Under the pieces are notes generated by a model, which saw only the letters and a list, made by a program, of their open reading frames with translations, was not told the origin of the DNA and made no database searches. A program made the translations under genes and the position numbers. From Candidatus Micrarchaeota archaeon (GTDB lineage Archaea > Micrarchaeota > Micrarchaeia > Anstonellales > Bilamarchaeaceae), in contig JAHJBM010000011.1 of assembly GCA_018813505.1 (NCBI GenBank), positions 1 through 55,620 of the forward strand: a stretch of 55,620 nt of DNA, written 5' to 3'. Shown piece after piece: positions 1 to 8,856 of the stretch; position 1 is the stretch's first letter, and the number at the start of each line of letters is the position of its first letter.

Positions 1-1164
1 ATAGCGGAAAAACTATATGATAGAAAAACTGCAATCATAACTGCATTCTTATTCATGAGCACTCCTTCACTTCTGTTTTCATCTTCAATTACAATGCTTG
101 AGGCTCTTGCCATATTTTTTATTACTGCAAGCATCTATATGTATCTAAAGGGAAAGCTTGTTTATGGTGCATTTTTTCTTGGTCTTATTATTCTAACAAA
201 ATGGCTCTATGTAATAGCACCGGTTGTATTTTTGGTACTATACTTCCTTATCCCGAGTCAAGTTAAAAAACTCGACTCGAGCTATTCTCATCCACAGAGT
301 AAATCCTCAGGTTCACAAATCGGAAAAACTTACTTGGATGAGAATAAGAAAAAAGAACTCAAAACAGTTGTGCTAAGTTTTGTTGCAGTGCCATTAGCAT
401 TTTTGCTTTACCTAACGTTATCATATTTTTTCGGTAATTTCGATAATGCAATTCTTAATCTCACACTTGATATGTCTCGTCCAGTTCCATCCTTTGATAT
501 CGGAAGAACTGCCGTATTCTTTTTCATGACTCTAGGGTTTACGTTTCCATTGTCATTATTTTTCATATTCTTTCTTTTGAAAGACATGAAACTCATAACT
601 CAAAACATTCATCTTGTTGGCATGGGCGCACTTGCATTCCTCATGCCATTATCTCAATACTATATATTCTGGTATTCTATTATTGCAGTGCCTGCATTTG
701 CATTATTCATAGGTAGAAAAATCGAAGAAGTAGGGGATATAAGATTCTCATCTATTTTGGTAATTTTCATTATGATTGCGAATATTGTTGTATTCGTCTA
801 TTTTCCCTCTATGGATTACAGGCAGGATGCAAAATGGATTGGAGAATTCAGCCATGGAAAAAATGTTACCCTTTATGATTGTGGCAATTTATACTCACAA
901 TGGAAATCAATAAATGAGAGATATCTTGGTACTAACGAATCATATCTGTTATTAGAGCAAAATTATCCAGGAATTCTTTTCTATCGGTTCAATGATACTA
1001 CTGATTATGAAAATCTACATGCGTTGTTTTTGGCAAATAATGATACTATCGGTTGCGATTCAGAATATCTTATTGTTTCTTGTAATATCTCTGTGCCGAA
1101 TTGTTATGTTTTATACTCAGAAAGAAACTCATATCTGATCCATACACTCAATTCTGATTCTTAG
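1..1164 (+). CDS. GT-C superfamily membrane glycosyltransferase (ArnT/PMT, GT39-like), 5'-partial
   Basis: Frame is open from base 1 (IAEKLYDRKTAIITAFLFMSTP, typical of ArnT/PMT-2 proteins); E-x-L-x-x-FF and GLIILTK motifs; multiple TM helices followed by a soluble C-terminal domain. Confidence 0.7.
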   Translation: MAEKLYDRKTAIITAFLFMSTPSLLFSSSITMLEALAIFFITASIYMYLKGKLVYGAFFLGLIILTKWLYVIAPVVFLVLYFLIPSQVKKLDSSYSHPQSKSSGSQIGKTYLDENKKKELKTVVLSFVAVPLAFLLYLTLSYFFGNFDNAILNLTLDMSRPVPSFDIGRTAVFFFMTLGFTFPLSLFFIFFLLKDMKLITQNIHLVGMGALAFLMPLSQYYIFWYSIIAVPAFALFIGRKIEEVGDIRFSSILVIFIMIANIVVFVYFPSMDYRQDAKWIGEFSHGKNVTLYDCGNLYSQWKSINERYLGTNESYLLLEQNYPGILFYRFNDTTDYENLHALFLANNDTIGCDSEYLIVSCNISVPNCYVLYSERNSYLIHTLNSDS

Positions 1165-1868
1165 CGAATTAGATACTTGTATAAGAACCTCGCACATCTA
1201 TTTTGTTTTGAGATTATCAGGTAGATTGCTATAAATGCAATAATCAATAATGGATAATAAAAAAATGTCACAAGCATAACCATCAAGAATAATACTATAT
1301 AAACAATTCCCACTCTCCTTTTTATTGTATTAAACGTCGGTATTTTGATATTAGAAATCATGAGGAAGCTCAAAACAATTGCAAAACCTAGGATGATTTC
1401 AAATGTGTGGATCTGGGCAACAACCAGTGCACATAATATTATGCTGGTTATAAAAGTCGGAATACCAATAAAATTTTCCTTATCATTTTGAACATTAAAC
1501 TTTGCCAGTCTTATCTCTGTAGCTATTGGTATCAAAATAAAGAATAAATTGAGCGGGAACATATTAGAAAAAAGATTAAATAATAGGAAGAACACCGCGA
1601 CTCCGCTAACTATAAAATCACCAAAAGAATCCAATTCCTTTCCTATTGCTGATTCACAACCTGTTCTTTTTGCTACGAACCCATCCATGAAATCAAAAAC
1701 AAGTCCAAGAAATATGAATCTGGCCGCCAGATCCCAATTGGTTTCAAAGCTCAAATATATGGAAAGAAGTCCGGCAATCATGGAAAATACTGAAAATAGA
1801 TTAGCTAATAGTTCCCATTTCTTTTTTGAATTCTGCAATGGCCGTTTTTCCTCCTTCAATCCTGTCAC
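1161..1868 (-). CDS. pssA: CDP-alcohol phosphatidyltransferase (phosphatidyl/archaetidylserine synthase, PssA-like)
   Basis: Signature DFMDGFVAK...GKELDSFGD, RLAKFNV and FIGIPT; adjacent to psd. Start uncertain: GTG 1868 or TTG 1838, the latter preceded by AAGGAGG. Confidence 0.85.
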   Translation of the reverse strand: MTGLKEEKRPLQNSKKKWELLANLFSVFSMIAGLLSIYLSFETNWDLAARFIFLGLVFDFMDGFVAKRTGCESAIGKELDSFGDFIVSGVAVFFLLFNLFSNMFPLNLFFILIPIATEIRLAKFNVQNDKENFIGIPTFITSIILCALVVAQIHTFEIILGFAIVLSFLMISNIKIPTFNTIKRRVGIVYIVLFLMVMLVTFFYYPLLIIAFIAIYLIISKQNRCARFLYKYLIR

Positions 1869-2280
1869 TTTTTTTCACCAATATTATAAATTTTTCAGGA
1901 ATCTCTATCTCAACTCTAGACCCTAAAACTATGTGTCCTATCTCTTGTTTTTGTTTTATTAAGTCTCCTTTTTTCAGATTATTGATAATTCTTCTAAAAA
2001 AGAAGCCAGTCATTTGTCTTACCCTCATTTCTCCATATTCAGTTTTGATCTGAGTTTCTATCGCATTATTCTTTTTACCTGCATGAAGAAAAGCAGGCAT
2101 GTCTGAACCTTTTATTTTTGTTATATCAACTACTTCACCATCCACTGGTGCATACTGTGTGTGATTATCAAGTGGGCCGAGAAATATGCATATGGTCGTT
2201 CTTTCTTTATCTCGTTCTATATCAACAATCTTTCCGGTAGCAGGACTAATAATCACCATATTCTTTACTTCAGTTTCCAT
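1801..2280 (-). CDS. psd: phosphatidylserine/archaetidylserine decarboxylase proenzyme (short type)
   Basis: SPATGK, IFLGPLDNHTQYAPVDG and the LGS-RV self-cleavage motif. Confidence 0.88.
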   Translation of the reverse strand: METEVKNMVIISPATGKIVDIERDKERTTICIFLGPLDNHTQYAPVDGEVVDITKIKGSDMPAFLHAGKKNNAIETQIKTEYGEMRVRQMTGFFFRRIINNLKKGDLIKQKQEIGHIVLGSRVEIEIPEKFIILVKKSDRIEGGKTAIAEFKKEMGTIS

Positions 2281-2335
2281 CTTTTTTTATTGGTTTACAA
2301 TCTTATTTTAAATATGTGCATACTCATTTTTGCTG

Positions 2336-3280
2336 ATGAAAAAATATCTTCAAATGATTCATGAATCATTGTCTAATCAATGGTTATTACTCCTTATGTG
2401 TGTATTTTTTTGTCTTTTTATGATATTCTTTCTTAGGGAAGGGTTCTTCTTTTCTTTATTTACATATACCTCGCAGTGGTTTCCTTTTTTCTTGGTTTTT
2501 ATCATTCCAGCACTCATAATTAATCATGGTAAATTGGAAATCTCAAAATTGGTTGAATTCTTTTTCTATTTTTCTCCATGGTTTCTCGCAGTACTGATTT
2601 ATGAGAACCTGACGGCTTTAACAATCCACATAAACATGCCGCTTGTGGATCTTCAGCTTTATCAGGCGGATATACTGCTTTTTGGAGAAACCCCATCAGT
2701 ATTTTTGCAGAATTTCATTGACCCAACATTGACATATGTGTTGTTTACGACATATGTATTCGTATATATTCTATCTCCTGTATTTCTTGGCGGTTACATA
2801 TTTTTGAAAAAAGGAAAAGAAAAATTTTCAGAATATTCACATGCAGTTGTATTGACCATGCTTATTGGTTTTGTTGTCTATTTTATTGTTCCGGGTGTAG
2901 GGCCAGAAGTTTACTTTCCAGACAAATATACTATGGATGTCTATGGGGATACCATTATCCCTCCAGATATCATGAGAGATATTCAAAGATACCCTAAGAA
3001 TGCATTTCCAAGTATGCACACAGCTTTAACCACATTGGCGCTGCTTTTTTCATTTAAAAACGATAAAAAAGCATTTTATCTTTTCCTTATCCCCGTTCTA
3101 TTGCTATGGTTTTCAACCATTTACCTGCGTCAACACTATTTTGTTGATCTGCTGGCAGGTTGGGCACTTGCATTATTAGCTTACAAATATGCACCATCGA
3201 TACATCAAAAAGCAAAGAGTCTTTTCATCAATTATTTTCAGAATTTTAATTCATATACTATTATTGGTACAAAGAAATAA
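2336..3280 (+). CDS. PAP2-superfamily membrane protein, inositol-phosphorylceramide synthase (Aur1/Ipt1)-like
   Basis: YFIVPGVGP, NAFPSMH and STIYLRQHYFVDLLAG motifs; multiple TM helices. Confidence 0.8.
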   Translation: MKKYLQMIHESLSNQWLLLLMCVFFCLFMIFFLREGFFFSLFTYTSQWFPFFLVFIIPALIINHGKLEISKLVEFFFYFSPWFLAVLIYENLTALTIHINMPLVDLQLYQADILLFGETPSVFLQNFIDPTLTYVLFTTYVFVYILSPVFLGGYIFLKKGKEKFSEYSHAVVLTMLIGFVVYFIVPGVGPEVYFPDKYTMDVYGDTIIPPDIMRDIQRYPKNAFPSMHTALTTLALLFSFKNDKKAFYLFLIPVLLLWFSTIYLRQHYFVDLLAGWALALLAYKYAPSIHQKAKSLFINYFQNFNSYTIIGTKK

Positions 3281-3894
3281 TAGCCTCTAGCAATTATCTT
3301 TCTTTTTATGTTGAGTTTTTCACAATCTTTTTCAAAGTCAGCATATTTTAATTTCATAATTATCGAGGAGGAGATATAAGCGGTGCCTCCATCTTTTAGG
3401 TACATTTTTAATCCACATATGAACTTTTTCATTATCTCTTTTGAACCTACTATATATGGAAAATTCCAAATTATATAATCATATTTTTCATTTACGCTAT
3501 CGAATACATTTGATAGTACTGTCCTAGCAGTTACTTCATTTCTGTTAAAGTTAATCCCTGCATTATCTATGGCTTTTTTATCTATATCAGTACATGTCCA
3601 AGCTATGCCTTTTGAGCCGACAAGTATTGGAAAAACACCTGTTCCGGTTCCAATCTCCAAGACATTCCCATTCAATCTATCTTTCAAATTTTTGTAAAAA
3701 AATACAGTGTCCTCAGTAGGTGGATGACTGCCAGCGTTTAACAATATTTTTCTCCCATGAAAAATTATGTCGATATCTTTGGCAAAAAGTTTATTTTGCA
3801 TTATCTTGATCAAATTTCCCTGGAATTTTTTATTCATGATATAAAATAACACAAGAATCAAAATTACTGCAATCAATACTATCTCTATCAACAT
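3238..3894 (-). CDS. class I SAM-dependent methyltransferase (HemK/MTS-like) with N-terminal TM anchor
   Basis: VLEIGTGTG motif I, TDID, and NFPY (NPPY-like); hydrophobic N-terminal 20 aa. Confidence 0.8.
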   Translation of the reverse strand: MLIEIVLIAVILILVLFYIMNKKFQGNLIKIMQNKLFAKDIDIIFHGRKILLNAGSHPPTEDTVFFYKNLKDRLNGNVLEIGTGTGVFPILVGSKGIAWTCTDIDKKAIDNAGINFNRNEVTARTVLSNVFDSVNEKYDYIIWNFPYIVGSKEIMKKFICGLKMYLKDGGTAYISSSIIMKLKYADFEKDCEKLNIKRKIIARGYYFFVPIIVYELKF

Positions 3895-3897
3895 ATT

Positions 3898-4842
3898 TCA
3901 TCCACCTTTATTTACTTTCTTGTGCGTCCGAGCCTCTACAAAATCAATCATTTTCGAAACACCATAGAGCAATCCCAAACTCGCAAAACTCAAAATCAAA
4001 GCTTCAATCCAGCCGAATTGCAATGGTAAACCTTCTTCAGTATAAATTCCGTAGAATGCCATAGGCACTATAAGCACAGCAAACATCAAAACCCAGTATC
4101 TCAGCGGCTTCCTGCCAAGATATTCAAGATACGCTATACCTGGGTAATTGGATTGTATCTGCCTTACAAGATAAAATACAACCAAAGAAACCAGAACCGA
4201 AAGTGCCATAAATCCGGGTTCAACGCTCATCTTGTATGGGGGCGAAACAACAAACAGCAAAATCGTACATACGGTTGCAAACAAAATCAGTTTCTCTATA
4301 TCCCCCAGCCTTTTCGCAGCAACAATCCCGCCAAGCATAACCGGTAAATAAAATATTGCAGCTCGATACCCTCCAAGATAATGAAGGCTAAAATCAGGTA
4401 GTAAACTAAAGTTTTGCAAAACAAAGTAAATCAAAAACACCAGAAGCATAACTGCAAATATCATAATCTCTGAAAACCCGACCAGTAAAATAGAAACTAA
4501 AAACAAAATCGCACTCAGCATCAATTCATCCATTTCAAAAAATCCGCCTCCTGAAAAAACAGAAAGCAAAATCGCTATGCCTGCGAGCATTCCAAATCTT
4601 TCAATAATATCAAGTACGTATTCTTTCTTTCCTCTCTTACCATGCTTCTCGGCAAAAAACACAATTGACATTCCGCTTGCAAAAAGAAACATGGGAAGAA
4701 CAAGATCTCCTGTATGCAATGAATTAGGTATATTGTGAATCAGCGCATCTGGAAGGCTTCTGCTGAGTCTACAGATGATGGAAAAGAACACCATTAGCAC
4801 TATGGTAACTCCTCTGAAAATATCTATTTCTCTTATTCTCAT
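3898..4842 (-). CDS. HGSNAT/DUF1624-like transmembrane acyltransferase
   Basis: RIREIDIFRGVTIVLMVF and DLVLPMFLFASGMS motifs; polytopic. Confidence 0.75.
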   Translation of the reverse strand: MRIREIDIFRGVTIVLMVFFSIICRLSRSLPDALIHNIPNSLHTGDLVLPMFLFASGMSIVFFAEKHGKRGKKEYVLDIIERFGMLAGIAILLSVFSGGGFFEMDELMLSAILFLVSILLVGFSEIMIFAVMLLVFLIYFVLQNFSLLPDFSLHYLGGYRAAIFYLPVMLGGIVAAKRLGDIEKLILFATVCTILLFVVSPPYKMSVEPGFMALSVLVSLVVFYLVRQIQSNYPGIAYLEYLGRKPLRYWVLMFAVLIVPMAFYGIYTEEGLPLQFGWIEALILSFASLGLLYGVSKMIDFVEARTHKKVNKGG

Positions 4843-4924
4843 CTTTTCTACCTAGCTTCGTAAATCATTGTGTTTATCTTGAAGTGAAAGGATTTAAAGC
4901 GTGATAATCTCATAGGTTTATGGT

Positions 4925-5692
4925 ATGAAACTCAAAATCTTCTATAACAAATCAGTGCACGAAAATGCTGCTTACTATTACGAATTGGCAAAACAATCAA
5001 GGGAAAAGGCAGAAGGTGCCAAGATTGCCATTGAGCAGACCAAAAAAGAGATGAAAGAGTCCAGAACAAAACAAGACAAAACTGATATACGAGTAAAAAG
5101 AGATAAAGCATGGTACGAGAAGTTCAATTATTCATTCACCAGTGAAGGCAAATTGATGATAGGTGGAAGAAGTGCACAGCAGAATGATCAGGTTTTTTCA
5201 AGACACATGGAAACCAATGATCTGTTTTTCCATGCAGATATCCAAGGTGGCTCAGCAGTTATCCTCAAGGGCGGTACAACTGCAACAGAACAAGAATTGA
5301 AGGAAACGGCACAATTCACAGCATCATTCTCAAAAGCTTGGGTAAATGCAAATGCTTCAGTGGATGTTTATGCTGTCAAAAAAGATCAGGTGAGCAAGCA
5401 CGCACAAGGTGGTTTCATACCGACAGGTGCCTTTGCCATTTCTGGTCAAAGAACCTGGTTTCGTGCCACTGCACTTTCCCTTCGTATTGGCATTGACAAA
5501 TCCGGCATTCAACTCATTCCTTCAATCTCAAAATCAAAATTGGAAAAAGAGCTCATTCTTATTCCTTCGAAAAAGGGAAAAACAAAAAGCTCGTTGGCAA
5601 AATCGCTTGCAAAACGCTTTGAAGCCCATCCAGATGATTTCCTTCAATTATTACCAAATGGCAAGAGTGAGACCTGTTTAGTTCAAACCTAA
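4925..5692 (+). CDS. NFACT-R (DUF814) RNA-binding protein, C-terminal half of RqcH/NEMF
   Basis: NAAYYYELAK coiled coil, WYEKF, GGRSAQQND and FFHADIQGGS motifs. Confidence 0.85.
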   Translation: MKLKIFYNKSVHENAAYYYELAKQSREKAEGAKIAIEQTKKEMKESRTKQDKTDIRVKRDKAWYEKFNYSFTSEGKLMIGGRSAQQNDQVFSRHMETNDLFFHADIQGGSAVILKGGTTATEQELKETAQFTASFSKAWVNANASVDVYAVKKDQVSKHAQGGFIPTGAFAISGQRTWFRATALSLRIGIDKSGIQLIPSISKSKLEKELILIPSKKGKTKSSLAKSLAKRFEAHPDDFLQLLPNGKSETCLVQT

Positions 5693-5837
5693 TGTGATTT
5701 GCTATAACTCCATACTCTTGTTTGTACTACTATTAAGCGGTCTTTTGATCTCAAGTGTTATTTACTGGAAATTTAGGGAGAAGAAATAACACAGGATAAA
5801 TATAAAACGATTAATCACCATATATCTATTGATTCAG

Positions 5838-8738
5838 ATGGTACAACGGGTTGAGATAACACTAAAAGATCATATTCCTGATACAAACGGGTTAAAATTT
5901 GCTGAAAAAATAAGACAAGTATTTGGCATCAATGTAGTTTGCAGGTTTTTTGAGGCATTTAATCTCGAACAGTCCATCACTTCAGAAGAATTCATAAATT
6001 TAGTTGAAAATGTGCTTATTGATCCATTAAGTCAAAGATATTCGTTAGGTGGTTCTTTGTTCAAACCTCTTTGGCGTATTGAAATCACCAAGTTACCTGG
6101 GATCACAGATAATATCGGCAATACTGCTTCATATACAATATCTGATTCAGTTGGTCTTGATATTCCTATTCATTATTCAAAAGTATATTGTCTTGATGGT
6201 GATCAGGTAAACGAAGTTTTATGTGAAAAAGTAGCTGCAATGATCCACAATCCAGTACTGGAAAGATATGTTGTGCATGCTCCTAATTATGATGCATTAC
6301 CTCTAATTCCAGATGTTGCCAAAAAACAGGATCCTACTGTTGAAAGGATAAGTTTGTGTATGAGCAAGCGAAGATTTGAGCGGCTGATGAAAGAACGCTC
6401 AATGTGTTTGAGTGTAGAAGAATTCCTTGCGATAAAACGACATTTCAAGAAAGAACACGTTATCAAACAAAGAAGAAAAGTTGGTCTTGATACAAGAATC
6501 ACTGATGTTGAATTAGAAATGTTTGCTCAGGCCTGGGGTGAGCATTGTAAACATAAAGTATTCAATGCATTAATCACCTACGAAGAAGAAGGTGAAAAAC
6601 ACGCAATCAATTCTCTGTTCAGTACATTTATACAAGGAGCAACAGATCAGATCAAGAAACCATATGTCCTAAGTGCATTTACAGATAATGGCGGTATCAT
6701 AAAGTTTAATCATGCCTATGATCTGGCAATAAAAGTTGAGTCTTACAATTCATCTTCCGTCATTGATCCATATGGGGGTGCACTTACTGGCATTCTAGGC
6801 GTTCAACGCGACGTTCTTGGTACTGGTCTTGGTGCAACTCCGATAGCTAATATGGATGTACTCTGTTTTGGGGTTCCTGATACGAACCTTGGCGATCTTC
6901 CAAAAGGGGTTATACATCCAAAAGCTATGTATAACGGAGTGGTGGATGGTATTGGGCATGGTGGAAACAAAACTGGCATTCCAACTGTGAGTGGTTCTCT
7001 AATATTTGAAAAAGATTATTTGTGTCGGCCTGTTGTTTACTGCGGTAGTATTGGTATTCTTCCTTCAAAAATACAAGATCATCGCTCATTGGAAAAATCA
7101 ATAAAAAAGGGAGATCTCGTTGTAATAATTGGTGGTAGATCTGGTAAATACCGATTACCTAAAGCCACACTTTCTTCTATGGAATTAGATCGTTCGGTGC
7201 CAAAAAATATTGTTCCTATGGGTGATCCGTTAACCCAAAAAAAGATGATTGATTTTATTATCGAATCAAGAGATCAATTACTATATACTGCAATAACTGA
7301 CAATGACATCGGAGGTATTTCTTCCAGCATGGGGGAACTCGTTCATCTCTCAGGGGGTTGTGAAATATATATTGAAAAATATCCTCTTAATCAAGAAGAA
7401 CTTGCACCTTGGCAAATTCTACTTCTAAATATCCAGGAAAGCATGATCCTAGCAGTCTCACCTGAGAAAATACAAGCACTTATTGACTTGGCAAAAATCC
7501 ATGATATTGACGCTACAGTTATTGGTAAATTTACTGGATCAGGTAAATTCCATGCGCTTTATAACGATCAGACTGTCGCATATATTGATATCAAGTTTAT
7601 GCATGAATGCCTACCTCAAATGAAGCTCAAAGCGAACTGGAAAAAACTTCTTTATCACGAACCAGATATTCCAACTCTTGACTATGGCGAAACCTTATTG
7701 AGGCTATTAACCTCTCCGAATATCACTAGCAAGGAAAATACAATCCGCAAATATGATCATGAGGTAAAGGGAATGAGCGTAATAAAACCAGTTATGATTG
7801 GTCCATCAGATGCAGCAGTTATACGTCCATTTCATAACTCTGAAGAAGGTATCATCATCTCACACGGTATCTGTCCAAAATATGTCCATGGTGGTTATGT
7901 AATGGCATCCCTTGCTTTTGATGAGGCTGTGCGCAATGCAATTGCTGTTGGTGCAAGATTTGGTTATCTTGCGTGCCTTAGCAACTTCTCATGGCCTGAT
8001 CCAGTCAGATCTGAAAAAACACCTGATGGGGAGCAAAAGTTAGGTGTGCTTGTACGTTCATGTATTGCACTCTATGACTGTGCTACTGGTTATAATATAC
8101 CTATAATCTCTGGAAAAGACAGTGTCAAAAATGATTTCTACTTCGATGACAAAAAATACTCGATACCACCGACCCTTCTTATTACAATGGTTGGCAAAAT
8201 TGACAACACACACCGTGCGCTTTGTTCTGAATTCAAGAATTCTGGGGATATGATCTATGTGTTAGGTACTACAACAGAAAGTCTCGGAGGAAGCGAGTTT
8301 TATAAATTATTCTCTGCCATTGGCAACTATCCGCCAGAGCTTAATATTGAGGAAAATGTGCGACTTTACAAAGCAATATCAAAAGCCATAGAAGATGGTT
8401 TTGTGGAATCTGCACATGATATTTCAGATGGTGGTCTGGCAGTTGCTTTTGCTGAATGTGCACTTGGACTTGATATGGCAGCAGATCTTGATATAAGTGC
8501 AATATGCGCTGAAACAGATTCTGTTGAATCACTTTTATTTTCAGAAGGGCCAGGGCGTTTCATCGTGAGTGTGAAAGCTGAAAATTCAGCAAAATTCGAA
8601 GCTGTTATGAAAAGTACCATATGCAAGCTCGCTGGACGTGTCAGAGGCGATAGACGTTTCATTATAAGAAAAGGTGAAAATTTACTTATAAATCTACCAA
8701 TTGAGTCGTTGCGTGAAGCCTATGGCAAAGGTATATAA
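5838..8738 (+). CDS. purL: PurS-PurL fusion-type FGAM synthase homolog with divergent active site
   Basis: Two N-terminal PurS-like modules; EHCKHK, DPYGGALTG, YDHEV, ISGKDS and SAHDISDGG motifs; several catalytic motifs substituted (see findings). Confidence 0.85.
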   Translation: MVQRVEITLKDHIPDTNGLKFAEKIRQVFGINVVCRFFEAFNLEQSITSEEFINLVENVLIDPLSQRYSLGGSLFKPLWRIEITKLPGITDNIGNTASYTISDSVGLDIPIHYSKVYCLDGDQVNEVLCEKVAAMIHNPVLERYVVHAPNYDALPLIPDVAKKQDPTVERISLCMSKRRFERLMKERSMCLSVEEFLAIKRHFKKEHVIKQRRKVGLDTRITDVELEMFAQAWGEHCKHKVFNALITYEEEGEKHAINSLFSTFIQGATDQIKKPYVLSAFTDNGGIIKFNHAYDLAIKVESYNSSSVIDPYGGALTGILGVQRDVLGTGLGATPIANMDVLCFGVPDTNLGDLPKGVIHPKAMYNGVVDGIGHGGNKTGIPTVSGSLIFEKDYLCRPVVYCGSIGILPSKIQDHRSLEKSIKKGDLVVIIGGRSGKYRLPKATLSSMELDRSVPKNIVPMGDPLTQKKMIDFIIESRDQLLYTAITDNDIGGISSSMGELVHLSGGCEIYIEKYPLNQEELAPWQILLLNIQESMILAVSPEKIQALIDLAKIHDIDATVIGKFTGSGKFHALYNDQTVAYIDIKFMHECLPQMKLKANWKKLLYHEPDIPTLDYGETLLRLLTSPNITSKENTIRKYDHEVKGMSVIKPVMIGPSDAAVIRPFHNSEEGIIISHGICPKYVHGGYVMASLAFDEAVRNAIAVGARFGYLACLSNFSWPDPVRSEKTPDGEQKLGVLVRSCIALYDCATGYNIPIISGKDSVKNDFYFDDKKYSIPPTLLITMVGKIDNTHRALCSEFKNSGDMIYVLGTTTESLGGSEFYKLFSAIGNYPPELNIEENVRLYKAISKAIEDGFVESAHDISDGGLAVAFAECALGLDMAADLDISAICAETDSVESLLFSEGPGRFIVSVKAENSAKFEAVMKSTICKLAGRVRGDRRFIIRKGENLLINLPIESLREAYGKGI

Positions 8739-8856
8739 CTATCATAATACAGTAAAGAAATTAAAGAAACAAACACAATTCAATTAAATTATCAAATATC
8801 AAATAATTCGGTTGTTTAAATTTGTTCCATTATGGGGTAAATCTGGGGTGTTGCAA

